A stretch of 64,000 bases of DNA from an uncultured Gemmatimonadales bacterium (GTDB lineage: Bacteria; Gemmatimonadota; Gemmatimonadetes; Gemmatimonadales; GWC2-71-9), in NCBI GenBank assembly GCA_963728915.1, contig CAVSLV010000002.1, positions 33,457-97,456 of the forward strand. The letters are read 5' to 3'. Below the pieces are notes generated by a model that did not search any database, was not told the origin of the DNA, and saw nothing but the letters and a program-made list of their open reading frames with translations. Below, piece by piece: positions 34,531 to 43,337 of this stretch (positions are counted from its first letter, which is position 1; every line of letters starts with the position of its first letter). The translations under genes and the position numbers were made by a program.

Positions 34531-35922
34531 TCAGTTGGGTTCCGTTCCCCAGCTCTCCAGCCAGGCCGATAACGAGAGCCAAAGTGCCATTCCTCCGAAA
34601 ACCACCGCCATGGGTTTGGGTACAACCAGGAATAGGATGCCCAGAGCGGCGAGAGCGATGCTCGCCTGGAGCAGGATCGACCGCCGGGCCCCGGCCACCA
34701 CGGCCCACACCGCCACCACCGCCCGGCGTCGGCGTTCCCGGAAGCCGGGCCGGTGCGGCCCCTTGTCGAGCGCCTCGGGATGCACCGCCGCCAGACGCTG
34801 ACTCCGCCGCCCCCGGGGTGGCCGCAACAGGATCTCGACGCTTTCCTCGATGTCGCGGCGGTACCGTGCTTCCATCGCGAGGCCGAGCCGGACATCGTCG
34901 GCCACGACATCGAGCTCGTAGTTCGCCAGCAGGCTCGACACATTGAGATTGGTCGACCCGATCCGGACCCACCGCCCATCGGTCACCACCGTCTTGGCGT
35001 GGAGCATGGGACCGCGCCATTCGAAGATTCGGACCCCGGCACGGAGCAGATCGCGGTACCCGATGCGGGTCAGGTTCTGAAGATGGGTGAGGTCGCTGGT
35101 GCCGGGCACCAGGAGTCGCACGTCGAGTCCGGCCCGCGCCGCGTCCATCAACCCCTGGTAGATCTCCCGGGGCGCGACCAGATACGCGTCGGTGATCCAG
35201 ATCCGCTGTTCGGCGCCGTCCAGCAGGTGCGCGGTGACCCGCGAGGCGCGAACACTGCCCGGCTCGCCCGCCATGATCCGGAGCTCGGAGTCGCCCTGGA
35301 CCGGGGTTTCCGCGGCTAGCTCGGACGAGGGCAGTGCTTCGCCGATGGTGGACCAGAGGTGGGCAAAGGCCTGATCGGCGGCGAGGGCGGCGGGTCCGTC
35401 GATGGCCAGGGCGGTGTCCCGCCAGGGTTGCCGGTTCTTGGCGGGATTGCCGGCCCACTCGTTGCCGATGCAGTGGCCGCCAATGACGGTGGTGATCCCG
35501 TCCACCACCAGCACCTTGCGATGATCCCGCATCAGGTTGCGGCGGATCCGGAGGAGATTCGGCGGATTGAAGATCCGGATCTCCACGCCCGCCTTGCGCA
35601 ACCGGCGCCAGAATCGCGGCCGGGTGGTAAAGGAGCCCAACCAGTCGGTCACGATCCGGATCGACACCCCGGCACGGGCGCGCTCGATCAGGGCATCGGC
35701 GAAGCGCCGACCGGTTTCGTCTCCCCGGAAGATGTAGCTGTCGAAATGGATCCATCGGCGCGCCGCCGCGATCCGGGCGAGCATCGCAGGGAAAATCTCG
35801 GGACCGTCGAACAGCAGAGAGACCTGGTTCCCGGGAATGGCACGGCCGCCGGTGGCCCGGTCCAGGGCTCGATCCACCACGTCCGGAAGCGGCGGGCGCA
35901 CCGCTTCGGGGAGCGGGCTCAC
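34531..35922 (-). CDS. Phospholipase D superfamily enzyme (cardiolipin/phospholipid synthase-like) with C-terminal TM helices
   Basis: Two HKD motifs (HRKVLVVDG...GG.CIGNEW and HAKTVVTDGRWVRIGSTNLN). The GTG start at 35922 overlaps the upstream stop (GTGA). Confidence 0.8.
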   Translation of the reverse strand: MSPLPEAVRPPLPDVVDRALDRATGGRAIPGNQVSLLFDGPEIFPAMLARIAAARRWIHFDSYIFRGDETGRRFADALIERARAGVSIRIVTDWLGSFTTRPRFWRRLRKAGVEIRIFNPPNLLRIRRNLMRDHRKVLVVDGITTVIGGHCIGNEWAGNPAKNRQPWRDTALAIDGPAALAADQAFAHLWSTIGEALPSSELAAETPVQGDSELRIMAGEPGSVRASRVTAHLLDGAEQRIWITDAYLVAPREIYQGLMDAARAGLDVRLLVPGTSDLTHLQNLTRIGYRDLLRAGVRIFEWRGPMLHAKTVVTDGRWVRIGSTNLNVSSLLANYELDVVADDVRLGLAMEARYRRDIEESVEILLRPPRGRRSQRLAAVHPEALDKGPHRPGFRERRRRAVVAVWAVVAGARRSILLQASIALAALGILFLVVPKPMAVVFGGMALWLSLSAWLESWGTEPN

Positions 35923-36494
35923 CCCGTGCCGAGCCCCAGGATACGCTCGTGGGGTCGCAGCGCCCCGAGCAGGAACCCGATCAGCTCGTCGAGCGGGATC
36001 TCGAGCTCGGCGGCGCCGGTGGTCACGTCCTCCCGGCTCACCCCCCGGGCGAATGCCTTGTCCTTGAGCTTTTTCCTGACACTGGCGACTTCGAGATCGG
36101 CGAGGCTTCGGGAGGGTCGCACCAGGGCGCAGGCCACCAGGAACCCGGACAGCTCGTCGACCCCGAACAGGGCCCGGGCCAACGGGGTGGTTCGGGGCAC
36201 TCCGGTGTACGCGGCGTGGCCGAGGATGGCCTGACACGCATCTTCGGAGAGGCCCCGCGCCGCCAGGATCCGCACGCCCTCGGCGGGGTGCTCCCGGTCG
36301 GGCGCGTGCTCCGGGTTAGGAAATCTTTCGTAATCGAAATCATGGACCAGCCCGACCACCCCCCACGCCTCCGGATCGCCCCCCAGCCGGTCCGCCATGG
36401 CGCGCATCGCGATCTCCACGGCGTACATGTGCCTCCGGAGCGGCTCCGAGGCGGTGTACTCGTGCATGAGGGCCAGCGCGTCAGCGCGATCCAT
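35919..36494 (-). CDS. HD-domain metal-dependent phosphohydrolase
   Basis: RRHMYAVE...GLVHDFDYE (H...HD motif). 191 aa. Confidence 0.8.
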   Translation of the reverse strand: MDRADALALMHEYTASEPLRRHMYAVEIAMRAMADRLGGDPEAWGVVGLVHDFDYERFPNPEHAPDREHPAEGVRILAARGLSEDACQAILGHAAYTGVPRTTPLARALFGVDELSGFLVACALVRPSRSLADLEVASVRKKLKDKAFARGVSREDVTTGAAELEIPLDELIGFLLGALRPHERILGLGTG

Positions 36495-36496
36495 AC

Positions 36497-36910
36497 CTAG
36501 TGCTGCACCAGGCCCTCGCCGGGCAACTGGGAGGCGGAGAGCGGCACCCGGACCGCCTCTCCGGCGTCCATCGTGATGTCGAACCAGTAGGTGCCGGCGT
36601 GGGGCAGCGGCACGTCGAACACCAGCACCGCGCCGGCTTCGATCTCGGTGACGCCGGCGGGCGGCTCGCCGAACTGCACGGTCCCCTCTCCACCGAGGAG
36701 CTCCTGATCCTCCTCATCCACAAAACGGATCCGGATCGGATGCTGGCCGATCTCGGTGCGCCGGCCCCGCACCCGGAGCACCAGGTGGGTGCGGGGGTGC
36801 ATCGCGGGGAACGCCGCTACCCAGACGTGCTGAAAGATCCCCAGCACGGACAGCTTACCGTGCTGGTCGATGAGGGCGTAGTCGGCGAGGACCGCGAAGT
36901 CGACGTGCAC
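36497..36910 (-). CDS. Hypothetical protein
   Basis: A 137-aa ORF whose GTG start lies 1 nt after the PPIase stop. It is predicted all-beta. I recognise no family. Confidence 0.5.
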   Translation of the reverse strand: MHVDFAVLADYALIDQHGKLSVLGIFQHVWVAAFPAMHPRTHLVLRVRGRRTEIGQHPIRIRFVDEEDQELLGGEGTVQFGEPPAGVTEIEAGAVLVFDVPLPHAGTYWFDITMDAGEAVRVPLSASQLPGEGLVQH

Positions 36911-36911
36911 C

Positions 36912-37358
36912 TCAATCCACTCGGATCGACGTGATCTCGTCTCCCTGACGGATCTTCCCGACGATATCCATCCCGTTCCGGACCTGGCCGAACACGGTGT
37001 GCTTCTTGTCGAGATGGGGCTGGGGCGAGTGACAGATGAAGAACTGGCTTCCACCGGTGTCCTTGCCGGCATGCGCCATCGAGAGCGTTCCCGCCTCATG
37101 CCGGTGGGTGTTCTTGTGGGTCTCGCACTTGATCGTGTAGCCCGGCCCGCCGGTTCCGGCCCGCGGGTTCTTGGGATCCTTGGAGAGGGGATCGCCGCCC
37201 TGGATCATGAAATCGGCGATGACCCGGTGGAATCGGGTCCCGTCGTAGAATTGCGAGTTGGCAAGCTTCTCGAAGTTCGCCACGGTATCGGGAACCTCGG
37301 TGTCGAACAGCTCCGCCGTGATGGTGCCCTTGCTGGTCTCAATGGTCGCGGTTTTCAT
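36912..37358 (-). CDS. Cyclophilin-type peptidyl-prolyl cis-trans isomerase
   Basis: Motifs [33 protein letters not shown] and HTVFGQV. Confidence 0.92.
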   Translation of the reverse strand: MKTATIETSKGTITAELFDTEVPDTVANFEKLANSQFYDGTRFHRVIADFMIQGGDPLSKDPKNPRAGTGGPGYTIKCETHKNTHRHEAGTLSMAHAGKDTGGSQFFICHSPQPHLDKKHTVFGQVRNGMDIVGKIRQGDEITSIRVD

Positions 37359-37431
37359 GGCTCCTCGGCATGATGACTGGGGACAAGTTAGCCGGTCCGA
37401 CGGACCCCACGACAGGGTTATCTTCGCGCCC

Positions 37432-38058
37432 ATGGATGAGCTGGAAGCGGAACGGCACCAGGCGATCCGAGCGCTCTCCGCGGCGGTCACCGCCGAGCGT
37501 CTTCCGGTCGAACAATTCGAATCCCGCATGGCCCTGGTGCGGCAGGCCCCGAACCGTGCCACGCTGGACGCCATCATCGCGGATCTGACGCCGACCGACG
37601 AATACGATCCCCCGGTCCAGATCCGCCACCATCCCGATTATCCCGCGCCGGCCGATCCGGTTGCGCCGGCCGAGGTCCTCCGGGTTTCCGCCATCCTGAG
37701 CTCCTCGAAACGGGCCGGCTCCTGGACCGTGCCGTACCGGCTCGAGGCGAAAGTGCTGCTGGGCGACCTCACCATCGATCTGCGCGACGCGGTCTTCTTT
37801 GCCGATACCCTGGAGATCGAGCTCGATGTGCTGCTGGGCAATCTGGTGCTGATCGTTCCGGCGGGGACTCAGGTCGAGAACGAATGCGAGGAGCGCTGGA
37901 GCAGCACCACCCATTCCACCCGCTCTACCCGGGGAAGCCAGCCAATCGGCCTGCTGGTCCGGATCGGGGGCCGGGTCCGCTGGAGCAGCGTGGAGATCAA
38001 GGAGAAGCGCCGCGCCGGCGACCAGCCGGGGGGCTGGCGGAAGCTGCTCGGCGGCTGA
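37432..38058 (+). CDS. DUF1707-type N-terminal domain protein with LiaF-like C-terminal domain
   Basis: The N-terminus [19 protein letters not shown] has a DUF1707-like pattern. The C-terminal repeats [11 protein letters not shown] and [11 protein letters not shown] are typical of LiaF-type domains. Confidence 0.65.
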   Translation: MDELEAERHQAIRALSAAVTAERLPVEQFESRMALVRQAPNRATLDAIIADLTPTDEYDPPVQIRHHPDYPAPADPVAPAEVLRVSAILSSSKRAGSWTVPYRLEAKVLLGDLTIDLRDAVFFADTLEIELDVLLGNLVLIVPAGTQVENECEERWSSTTHSTRSTRGSQPIGLLVRIGGRVRWSSVEIKEKRRAGDQPGGWRKLLGG

Positions 38059-38725
38059 CCGGCGGCGCGAGCGCCGAGGGGCAGAGCCGGTTCACCACGC
38101 ACCCCTCGCAGCGGGGCCGCCGGGCAATGCAGACCCGCCGCCCGTGCCAGATGAGCAGGTGGGACAGCAGGGTCCACTGCTTCCGGGGAAACAGCCCCAT
38201 CAGGTCGGTCTCGATCCGGAGCGGATCGGTGTTGCGGGTTAGGCCGAGCCGCCCTCCCACCCGGGTGACGTGGGTGTCCACCGTGACGCCCTCGTTGATG
38301 CCGTAGGCATTTCCCAGCACCACGTTGGCGGTCTTCCTTCCCACCCCGGGGAGCTCCCGCAGCTCCTCCATCTCCCGGGGCACCGTCCCGTGGTGTCGTT
38401 CGCTGAGCCCCTGGGCCATCCCGATCAGGCTTTTGGTCTTGTTCCGGAAAAATCCGGTCGAACGAATCAGGTCCTCCACCTCCGCCGGGTCGGCCGCGGC
38501 GAGGCTCTGCGGCGTGGGGAACCGGTGGAAGAAGGCCGGCGTGACCAGGTTGACTCGCACGTCGGTGCACTGGGCCGAGAGGATCGTCGCGACCAGGAGC
38601 TCGTAGGGAGTCCGGAAATCCAGCTCGCAGTGCGCGTCGGGATACTCCCGGTGCAGCAACGCGAAGATGCGGCGGGCCCGTTTGGCTCGCGCCGCTGCGC
38701 TCTCCTTGCCCGAGGCTCGCTTCAT
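37997..38725 (-). CDS. nth: Endonuclease III (DNA glycosylase/AP lyase)
   Basis: HhH-GPD motif LPGVGRKTANVVLGNAYG with the catalytic VDTHV region. 4Fe-4S cluster loop CIARRPRCEGCVVNRLC. Confidence 0.9.
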   Translation of the reverse strand: MKRASGKESAAARAKRARRIFALLHREYPDAHCELDFRTPYELLVATILSAQCTDVRVNLVTPAFFHRFPTPQSLAAADPAEVEDLIRSTGFFRNKTKSLIGMAQGLSERHHGTVPREMEELRELPGVGRKTANVVLGNAYGINEGVTVDTHVTRVGGRLGLTRNTDPLRIETDLMGLFPRKQWTLLSHLLIWHGRRVCIARRPRCEGCVVNRLCPSALAPPVSRRAASASPPAGRRRGASP

Positions 38726-40452
38726 GTCCGTCTCCCCCTCGCGAAGGCGAGAAACTCTTCCGCCGGCCTGGTGTTCAGGACTTCCTCGCGGGTGAGGCCC
38801 GCCTTGCGCGCCATCGCGAGCGCATTCTCCTGATACCCGATCGAATCGACCCCGTGCGCGTCGGCGCCAATCGAAATCGTCACGCCGAGCTGCCGAGCCC
38901 GCCGGACCAGCCGCCAGTCGAGGTCGAGCCGGTGGGGATCGCCGTTGATCTCGAACGCCACCCCCAGCTCGGTGGCCCGGGCAAAGACCCGGTCCACGTC
39001 GAATTTGAAGGGCTCGCGGGCCAGCAGCAGCCGGCCGGTGGGATGGCCCATGATGGTGAGCGCGGGATGCTCCAGCGCCGCCAGCAGCCGGTCGGTCATC
39101 TCCCCGGCTTCCATCCCCATCCGGGAATGCACCGATCCGATGACGAAGTCGAACCCGGCGAGCAGCTCGCTGTCATAGTCGAGCCGGCCGTCTCCCAGGA
39201 TATCCGACTCGATGCCCTTGAGGATCCGGGCGCCGGGGACCCCGGCGAGGTGGGCAATCTCGTCCCACTGCCGACGGACCTCTTCCGGCCCTAACCCGCC
39301 AGCGTACGCCGCCGACTGGCTGTGATCGGTGAGCCCGAACCAGGCATACCCCGCGTCGCGCATCGCGGGGGCCAGCTCCGCGATCCCCTGCTTGCCGTCC
39401 GACCAGGTCGAGTGGCAGTGCAGCAGGCCTTTGAGGTCGGCGCGCTCGACCAGACGGGGCAGCGCGTTCTGGTCGGCCAGCTCGATTTCATCGAGTCCTT
39501 CGCGGAGCTCGGGCGGAATTTCGGGGAGCCCGAGCGCTTCGTAGAGCTCGGCCTCACTGCCGCAGGGGAGCGCGGTGTTCGCGCGGCGGAGGACCCCGCC
39601 CTCGTAGGCCAGCCCGCGCTCCCGGGCCCGCGCTTCCAGCAGGGAGAGATGGGCAAGGTTGCCGGTGCCGCGGACCAGCGCCGCGCCGAAGTGCATCGAG
39701 CGCGCGATCAGCACTCGTCCCGCGGTGCCGCTCGGGGTCCGGAAGCCGACTTCGGACCCTCCCGGATTGACGCCGGTCACGCCGAGGCCCCGGAGCTCGC
39801 GGAGCGCGCCGGCCAGACCCTCCGGCGAATCGTCTCCCAGGTCGACCACCAGGACCAGGTCGCCGGAGATTTCCGAGCGCCGCCGCACGTCGCCCGCGAT
39901 CACGACCTGCTCCACCCCCTCGAGGTCCGCCAGCGCCTGGCGCAGGACTTCGGCTTCCCGCGCGGCCTCGTGCCAGAGCTGGAAGGTCCGCGACCCCCGC
40001 ACGAACGCGATGCCGCGGAGGATCTTCTCCGCGCTCTTGGCCCCGAGCCCGGGAACCTTGGCCAGCCGGCCGTCCCGGGCCGCATCCTCCAGCTGCTCGA
40101 TGGTCTCGACCCCGAGCCGATCCCGGAGCACCCGGATCCGCTTGAGGCCTAACCCGGGAATCTCCGCCATCTCGAGCAGCCCTGGCGGGACTTCCCGGCG
40201 CAGCTCCTGGAGGTAGCGCGAGTTTCCGGTCTGCAGCATCTCGGTGATGATCGCCAGGGTGGCGGGCCCGATCCCGGGAGTGGCGGCGAGGGACCCGTCG
40301 GCCAGGGCTTCCTCGACGTCGGCGGGAAGGTGGAGCACCGCCCGCCCGGCGTTGCGGAAGGCGCGGACCCGGAACTGATTCTCGCCCTTGAACTCAAGGT
40401 GCTGGGCGATCTGGTCGAGCGCCTTGACGATGGCGAGGCGATCGAGGCTCAT
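38722..40452 (-). CDS. polX: Family X DNA polymerase with C-terminal PHP domain (PolX)
   Basis: The N-terminus has HhH motifs (IPGLGLKRI, VPGLGAKSAEKI). A pol-beta-like core follows. The PHP motifs are LHCHSTWSDG and GSVHS. The gene has ATGA overlaps at both ends. Confidence 0.88.
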   Translation of the reverse strand: MSLDRLAIVKALDQIAQHLEFKGENQFRVRAFRNAGRAVLHLPADVEEALADGSLAATPGIGPATLAIITEMLQTGNSRYLQELRREVPPGLLEMAEIPGLGLKRIRVLRDRLGVETIEQLEDAARDGRLAKVPGLGAKSAEKILRGIAFVRGSRTFQLWHEAAREAEVLRQALADLEGVEQVVIAGDVRRRSEISGDLVLVVDLGDDSPEGLAGALRELRGLGVTGVNPGGSEVGFRTPSGTAGRVLIARSMHFGAALVRGTGNLAHLSLLEARARERGLAYEGGVLRRANTALPCGSEAELYEALGLPEIPPELREGLDEIELADQNALPRLVERADLKGLLHCHSTWSDGKQGIAELAPAMRDAGYAWFGLTDHSQSAAYAGGLGPEEVRRQWDEIAHLAGVPGARILKGIESDILGDGRLDYDSELLAGFDFVIGSVHSRMGMEAGEMTDRLLAALEHPALTIMGHPTGRLLLAREPFKFDVDRVFARATELGVAFEINGDPHRLDLDWRLVRRARQLGVTISIGADAHGVDSIGYQENALAMARKAGLTREEVLNTRPAEEFLAFARGRRT

Positions 40453-41087
40453 CCCAGGCCCTCCGCCCGCCAGCACAATTCGAGCAGCTCGGCCGGGCTG
40501 GTCACCGCGCCGGCGCCAGCGGCTACGCCGGCCTCGGATACGACCGGCGCGAAAAGAGGGGTGGTCGCATCCCGCGCCGGGAGTGCCGGCTCGGGTCCGG
40601 AGACTTCCAGCGCGGTGAATCCCTCGCGGCCGGGGCGAAGACCGAGGATCGCGAGCGCGTCGATCGTGTCACCGGTTTTCCTGCGGAACCAGCCATCGAG
40701 CGGCTCGGGCGGGCCGTCCTCGAGTACGGCCCAGACCGCGAGGGGAGGAAGCTGGAGGTAGCGTGAGTTTCCCTCATCGCTCGCCTCGGGCCGGGGCGGC
40801 GCCTGGGCCAAAAGCCGGCGAAGCTCCTCGATCGTCAGGGAGCGTACCGATTCGCCGCTGGCCCAGAACAGGTAGGCGTGATGAAAGAGGGCAGCGACCG
40901 TCAGCGTCGCCTCGCCGAACCCGTCCTCGGGACGGAGCGCATGGAGGACCTCGGCGGCTTCGCGCTCGAGCAACAGCGCGTCGCGGACAGCGGGGTCCTT
41001 CCGCCCGGCGGCGAGATCGTCCCGCAACCGCTCGAATCGATCGCGCAGATCGGCAAACACCAGCTCGAATGGGTTAGGCCGGCTCAT
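40449..41087 (-). CDS. Hypothetical protein, translationally coupled between the hydrolase and PolX genes
   Basis: A 212-aa ORF starting MSRPNPFELVF, with ATGA overlaps at both ends. I recognise no motif. Confidence 0.55.
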   Translation of the reverse strand: MSRPNPFELVFADLRDRFERLRDDLAAGRKDPAVRDALLLEREAAEVLHALRPEDGFGEATLTVAALFHHAYLFWASGESVRSLTIEELRRLLAQAPPRPEASDEGNSRYLQLPPLAVWAVLEDGPPEPLDGWFRRKTGDTIDALAILGLRPGREGFTALEVSGPEPALPARDATTPLFAPVVSEAGVAAGAGAVTSPAELLELCWRAEGLG

Positions 41088-41911
41088 GGCTCCCGGGGAA
41101 GAAAAGCGTCGAGCGCGCGGGTGAATGCCTCGGGCGCTTCGAGATAGGGAACGTGGCCGCAGTCGGGAATCCGCACCAGCGGGGCATGGAGCAGCCCGGC
41201 CAGCTCTTCGGCCGTCGCGATCGGGATGGGGTCGTCCTCGCCATGGACCACCAGGGCGGGAAGGTTCAGATCGGGGAGGCGGGGCCGGAGGTCGAATGCA
41301 CCCAGGCTCTCCCACACCTCGTCGTAGGACCGGCCGGTGATCCGGAACGGGGTGAGCTCCAGGGCTTGCCGCCAGTCGTGGAAATACCCCGCCACCGAGA
41401 GCGCGAACATCCGGCGCCGGTAGGCCTCGTCTCCTAACCCGCCTCGCCCCTCCCGCTGGGTCGCTTCCCGGAAGGCCTGGACCTCCGGAGCCGCGTTCCG
41501 CTCGGCCAGCCGCCGCTCGAACTCGGCCCGGGCCCCCCGCCACGCCGGCGCGCAGGAGACCAGCGCCATCCGCTCGACCCGGCCGGGGTGCTCCAGCGCG
41601 TAGAGCAGGGTCAGGAGGCCGCCCCAGGAGTAGCCCGCCAGGGTCAGCCGTTCGAGCCCCCATAACCCGCGAAGCGCCTCCAGGTCGGCCACCTGCTCCC
41701 GCCAGCCGACCGGGACGTCCCGGCCCACCGGCGAGTGTCCCCCGCCCCGCTGATCGTAGTAGATGAGGGTCCGCCCGGTGGCGAGCGCGTCGAAGCCCGG
41801 TAGCAGATAGTCGTGATGGGCGCCGGGACCGCCATGCAGCACCACCACCTCCGGCCCGGTTCCCACCCGGCGCTCGTAGAGGGGTACCCCGCGCACCTCG
41901 CGAACGGTCAC
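41084..41911 (-). CDS. Alpha/beta hydrolase (proline iminopeptidase-like)
   Basis: HGGPG oxyanion motif, nucleophile elbow GYSWGG and a C-terminal GHVPYLE histidine. Confidence 0.85.
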   Translation of the reverse strand: MTVREVRGVPLYERRVGTGPEVVVLHGGPGAHHDYLLPGFDALATGRTLIYYDQRGGGHSPVGRDVPVGWREQVADLEALRGLWGLERLTLAGYSWGGLLTLLYALEHPGRVERMALVSCAPAWRGARAEFERRLAERNAAPEVQAFREATQREGRGGLGDEAYRRRMFALSVAGYFHDWRQALELTPFRITGRSYDEVWESLGAFDLRPRLPDLNLPALVVHGEDDPIPIATAEELAGLLHAPLVRIPDCGHVPYLEAPEAFTRALDAFLPREP

Positions 41912-42363
41912 AGCAGTACGGCGAGCGCGTCCGCCACCTTGCGAGCCTCGGCTTCCTCCTCCTTGGTGAACGGGTCCGGCACATCACTGTCCACGTCGAT
42001 CTGTCCCAGGATGGTTTCGCCCAGGCGGATCAGAACCACCAGCTCGGAACGGGTGAACCGGTTGCAGGCGAGGTAGTGCGCCGCGGCCCGGACGTCGCCC
42101 ACGTTCTGATCCTCGCCGGTCGCCACCGCCCGCCCGCACACCCCGGTGCCGACCGGAATCCGGGTGTGCTCGGTGTCCCTCCCGCTCCAGGCTTCGAGCT
42201 CCAGCATCTCACCGTGCAGCATGTAGAGGTACACCGAGGTGTAGGGGGCGCCCGCCGCGCGGATCCGGTCCGCCGCAAGCTGCAGCAGCCCCTGCCGGGA
42301 CTCTCCCCGGGCAAACGCCCCGCGGAGCGCGGCAGCAATCGCCTCGGCATGAAGGACCGGCAT
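41908..42363 (-). CDS. GAF domain protein (free Met-R-sulfoxide reductase-like)
   Basis: Single GAF domain with VGTGVCGRAVATGE and SELVVLI motifs. The start is taken at the ATG at 42363 (MPVLHAE), which shares 1 nt with the upstream stop. Confidence 0.75.
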   Translation of the reverse strand: MPVLHAEAIAAALRGAFARGESRQGLLQLAADRIRAAGAPYTSVYLYMLHGEMLELEAWSGRDTEHTRIPVGTGVCGRAVATGEDQNVGDVRAAAHYLACNRFTRSELVVLIRLGETILGQIDVDSDVPDPFTKEEEAEARKVADALAVLL

Positions 42364-42890
42364 CAGGGAGGACAGCCTTCCCGGTGACGGGTATCGGCGA
42401 GGTCGATGATCTTCCATCCTTCCGCGGTGCGCACCAGGTGGAACAGGTCCACACCGCAGTGACTCAGCCGGTCGTCGATGTAGAAGCTGTATTCGGCCCA
42501 GACCGAAGCGAGCCCCGCATCCACGTGCACCACCGGGTTACGAAGCCGCTCGTCGAGGAAGTTGGCTTTGGCGTTCGCAATGCCGGCCAGCCACTGGGTG
42601 GGAGAGACCAGTCCCACCGTGGGCACGCTGTCCCGCATGCCGGTCGTGACCAGCCGGGCCTCGGGGTGCATGGTCCCCCGCATCTTGGTGCTGTCCTTCT
42701 CGCGCATGCCGTCGAAGAGCTGTCGAACCACCGCGAAGACTTGCTGTTGGGCATCGCTCATCGGGCTCGCCACTTGGCGCTCCTGCGCGGGCTGAGCGAG
42801 GCGCTGCTGGGAATACGCCTGACCGACCGGCGCAGCGAGCAACGCCGCGCTCATCGTGAGCCACTGGTATCTCATCCTGTCTCCTCGCAA
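42363..42890 (-). CDS. Secreted NTF2/SnoaL-like fold protein
   Basis: Signal peptide present. The pattern FDGMREKD...VWAEYSFYIDDRLSHCGVDLFHLVRTAEGWKI is typical of NTF2-like proteins. Confidence 0.55.
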   Translation of the reverse strand: MRGDRMRYQWLTMSAALLAAPVGQAYSQQRLAQPAQERQVASPMSDAQQQVFAVVRQLFDGMREKDSTKMRGTMHPEARLVTTGMRDSVPTVGLVSPTQWLAGIANAKANFLDERLRNPVVHVDAGLASVWAEYSFYIDDRLSHCGVDLFHLVRTAEGWKIIDLADTRHREGCPP

Positions 42891-42947
42891 AAAGGGCGGC
42901 CGTCCCAGGCCGCCCCGCGTCAGGTACTCCGGGACGCCGAATTGTAG

Positions 42948-43331
42948 TCAGGGACCGGCGCCGGAAGCGGGAGTCCGCCGGTCCGGATCGGACAGGAGCC
43001 GCTCGGTGAAGTCCACCCGCTCGGAGAGGTCGCTCACCTCGCGCCGCAACGCCTCGACTTCTTCCAGCAGCTCGCCGGGAACTCCCCCGGTCAGGGCCAC
43101 CGCATCTCCCGGGTCCCAGTGCCGGATCTTTCGGCCTTCCTCATCGCGGAACTCACCGGCCGCGATCAGGATCAGGTCGTAGAGCCACCAGAGGCCCAGT
43201 CCGCCAAGGGTACAGAGCTGGAGCAGTCCGGTTCCGATCTTTCCCGCGTAGAAGCGGTGCGCCCCGAAAACCCCGAGGGGGATGCAGAGGGCGAGCGCGA
43301 CGCCGCGGGATTTATCCGAGGGGGGATTCAT
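42948..43331 (-). CDS. TM2 domain membrane protein with C-terminal coiled-coil module
   Basis: TM2 motif GVFGAHRFYAGK...GGLGLWWLYDLI. The C-terminus is LEEVEALRREVSDLSERVDFTERLLSD. Confidence 0.75.
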   Translation of the reverse strand: MNPPSDKSRGVALALCIPLGVFGAHRFYAGKIGTGLLQLCTLGGLGLWWLYDLILIAAGEFRDEEGRKIRHWDPGDAVALTGGVPGELLEEVEALRREVSDLSERVDFTERLLSDPDRRTPASGAGP

Positions 43332-43337
43332 GATTGA

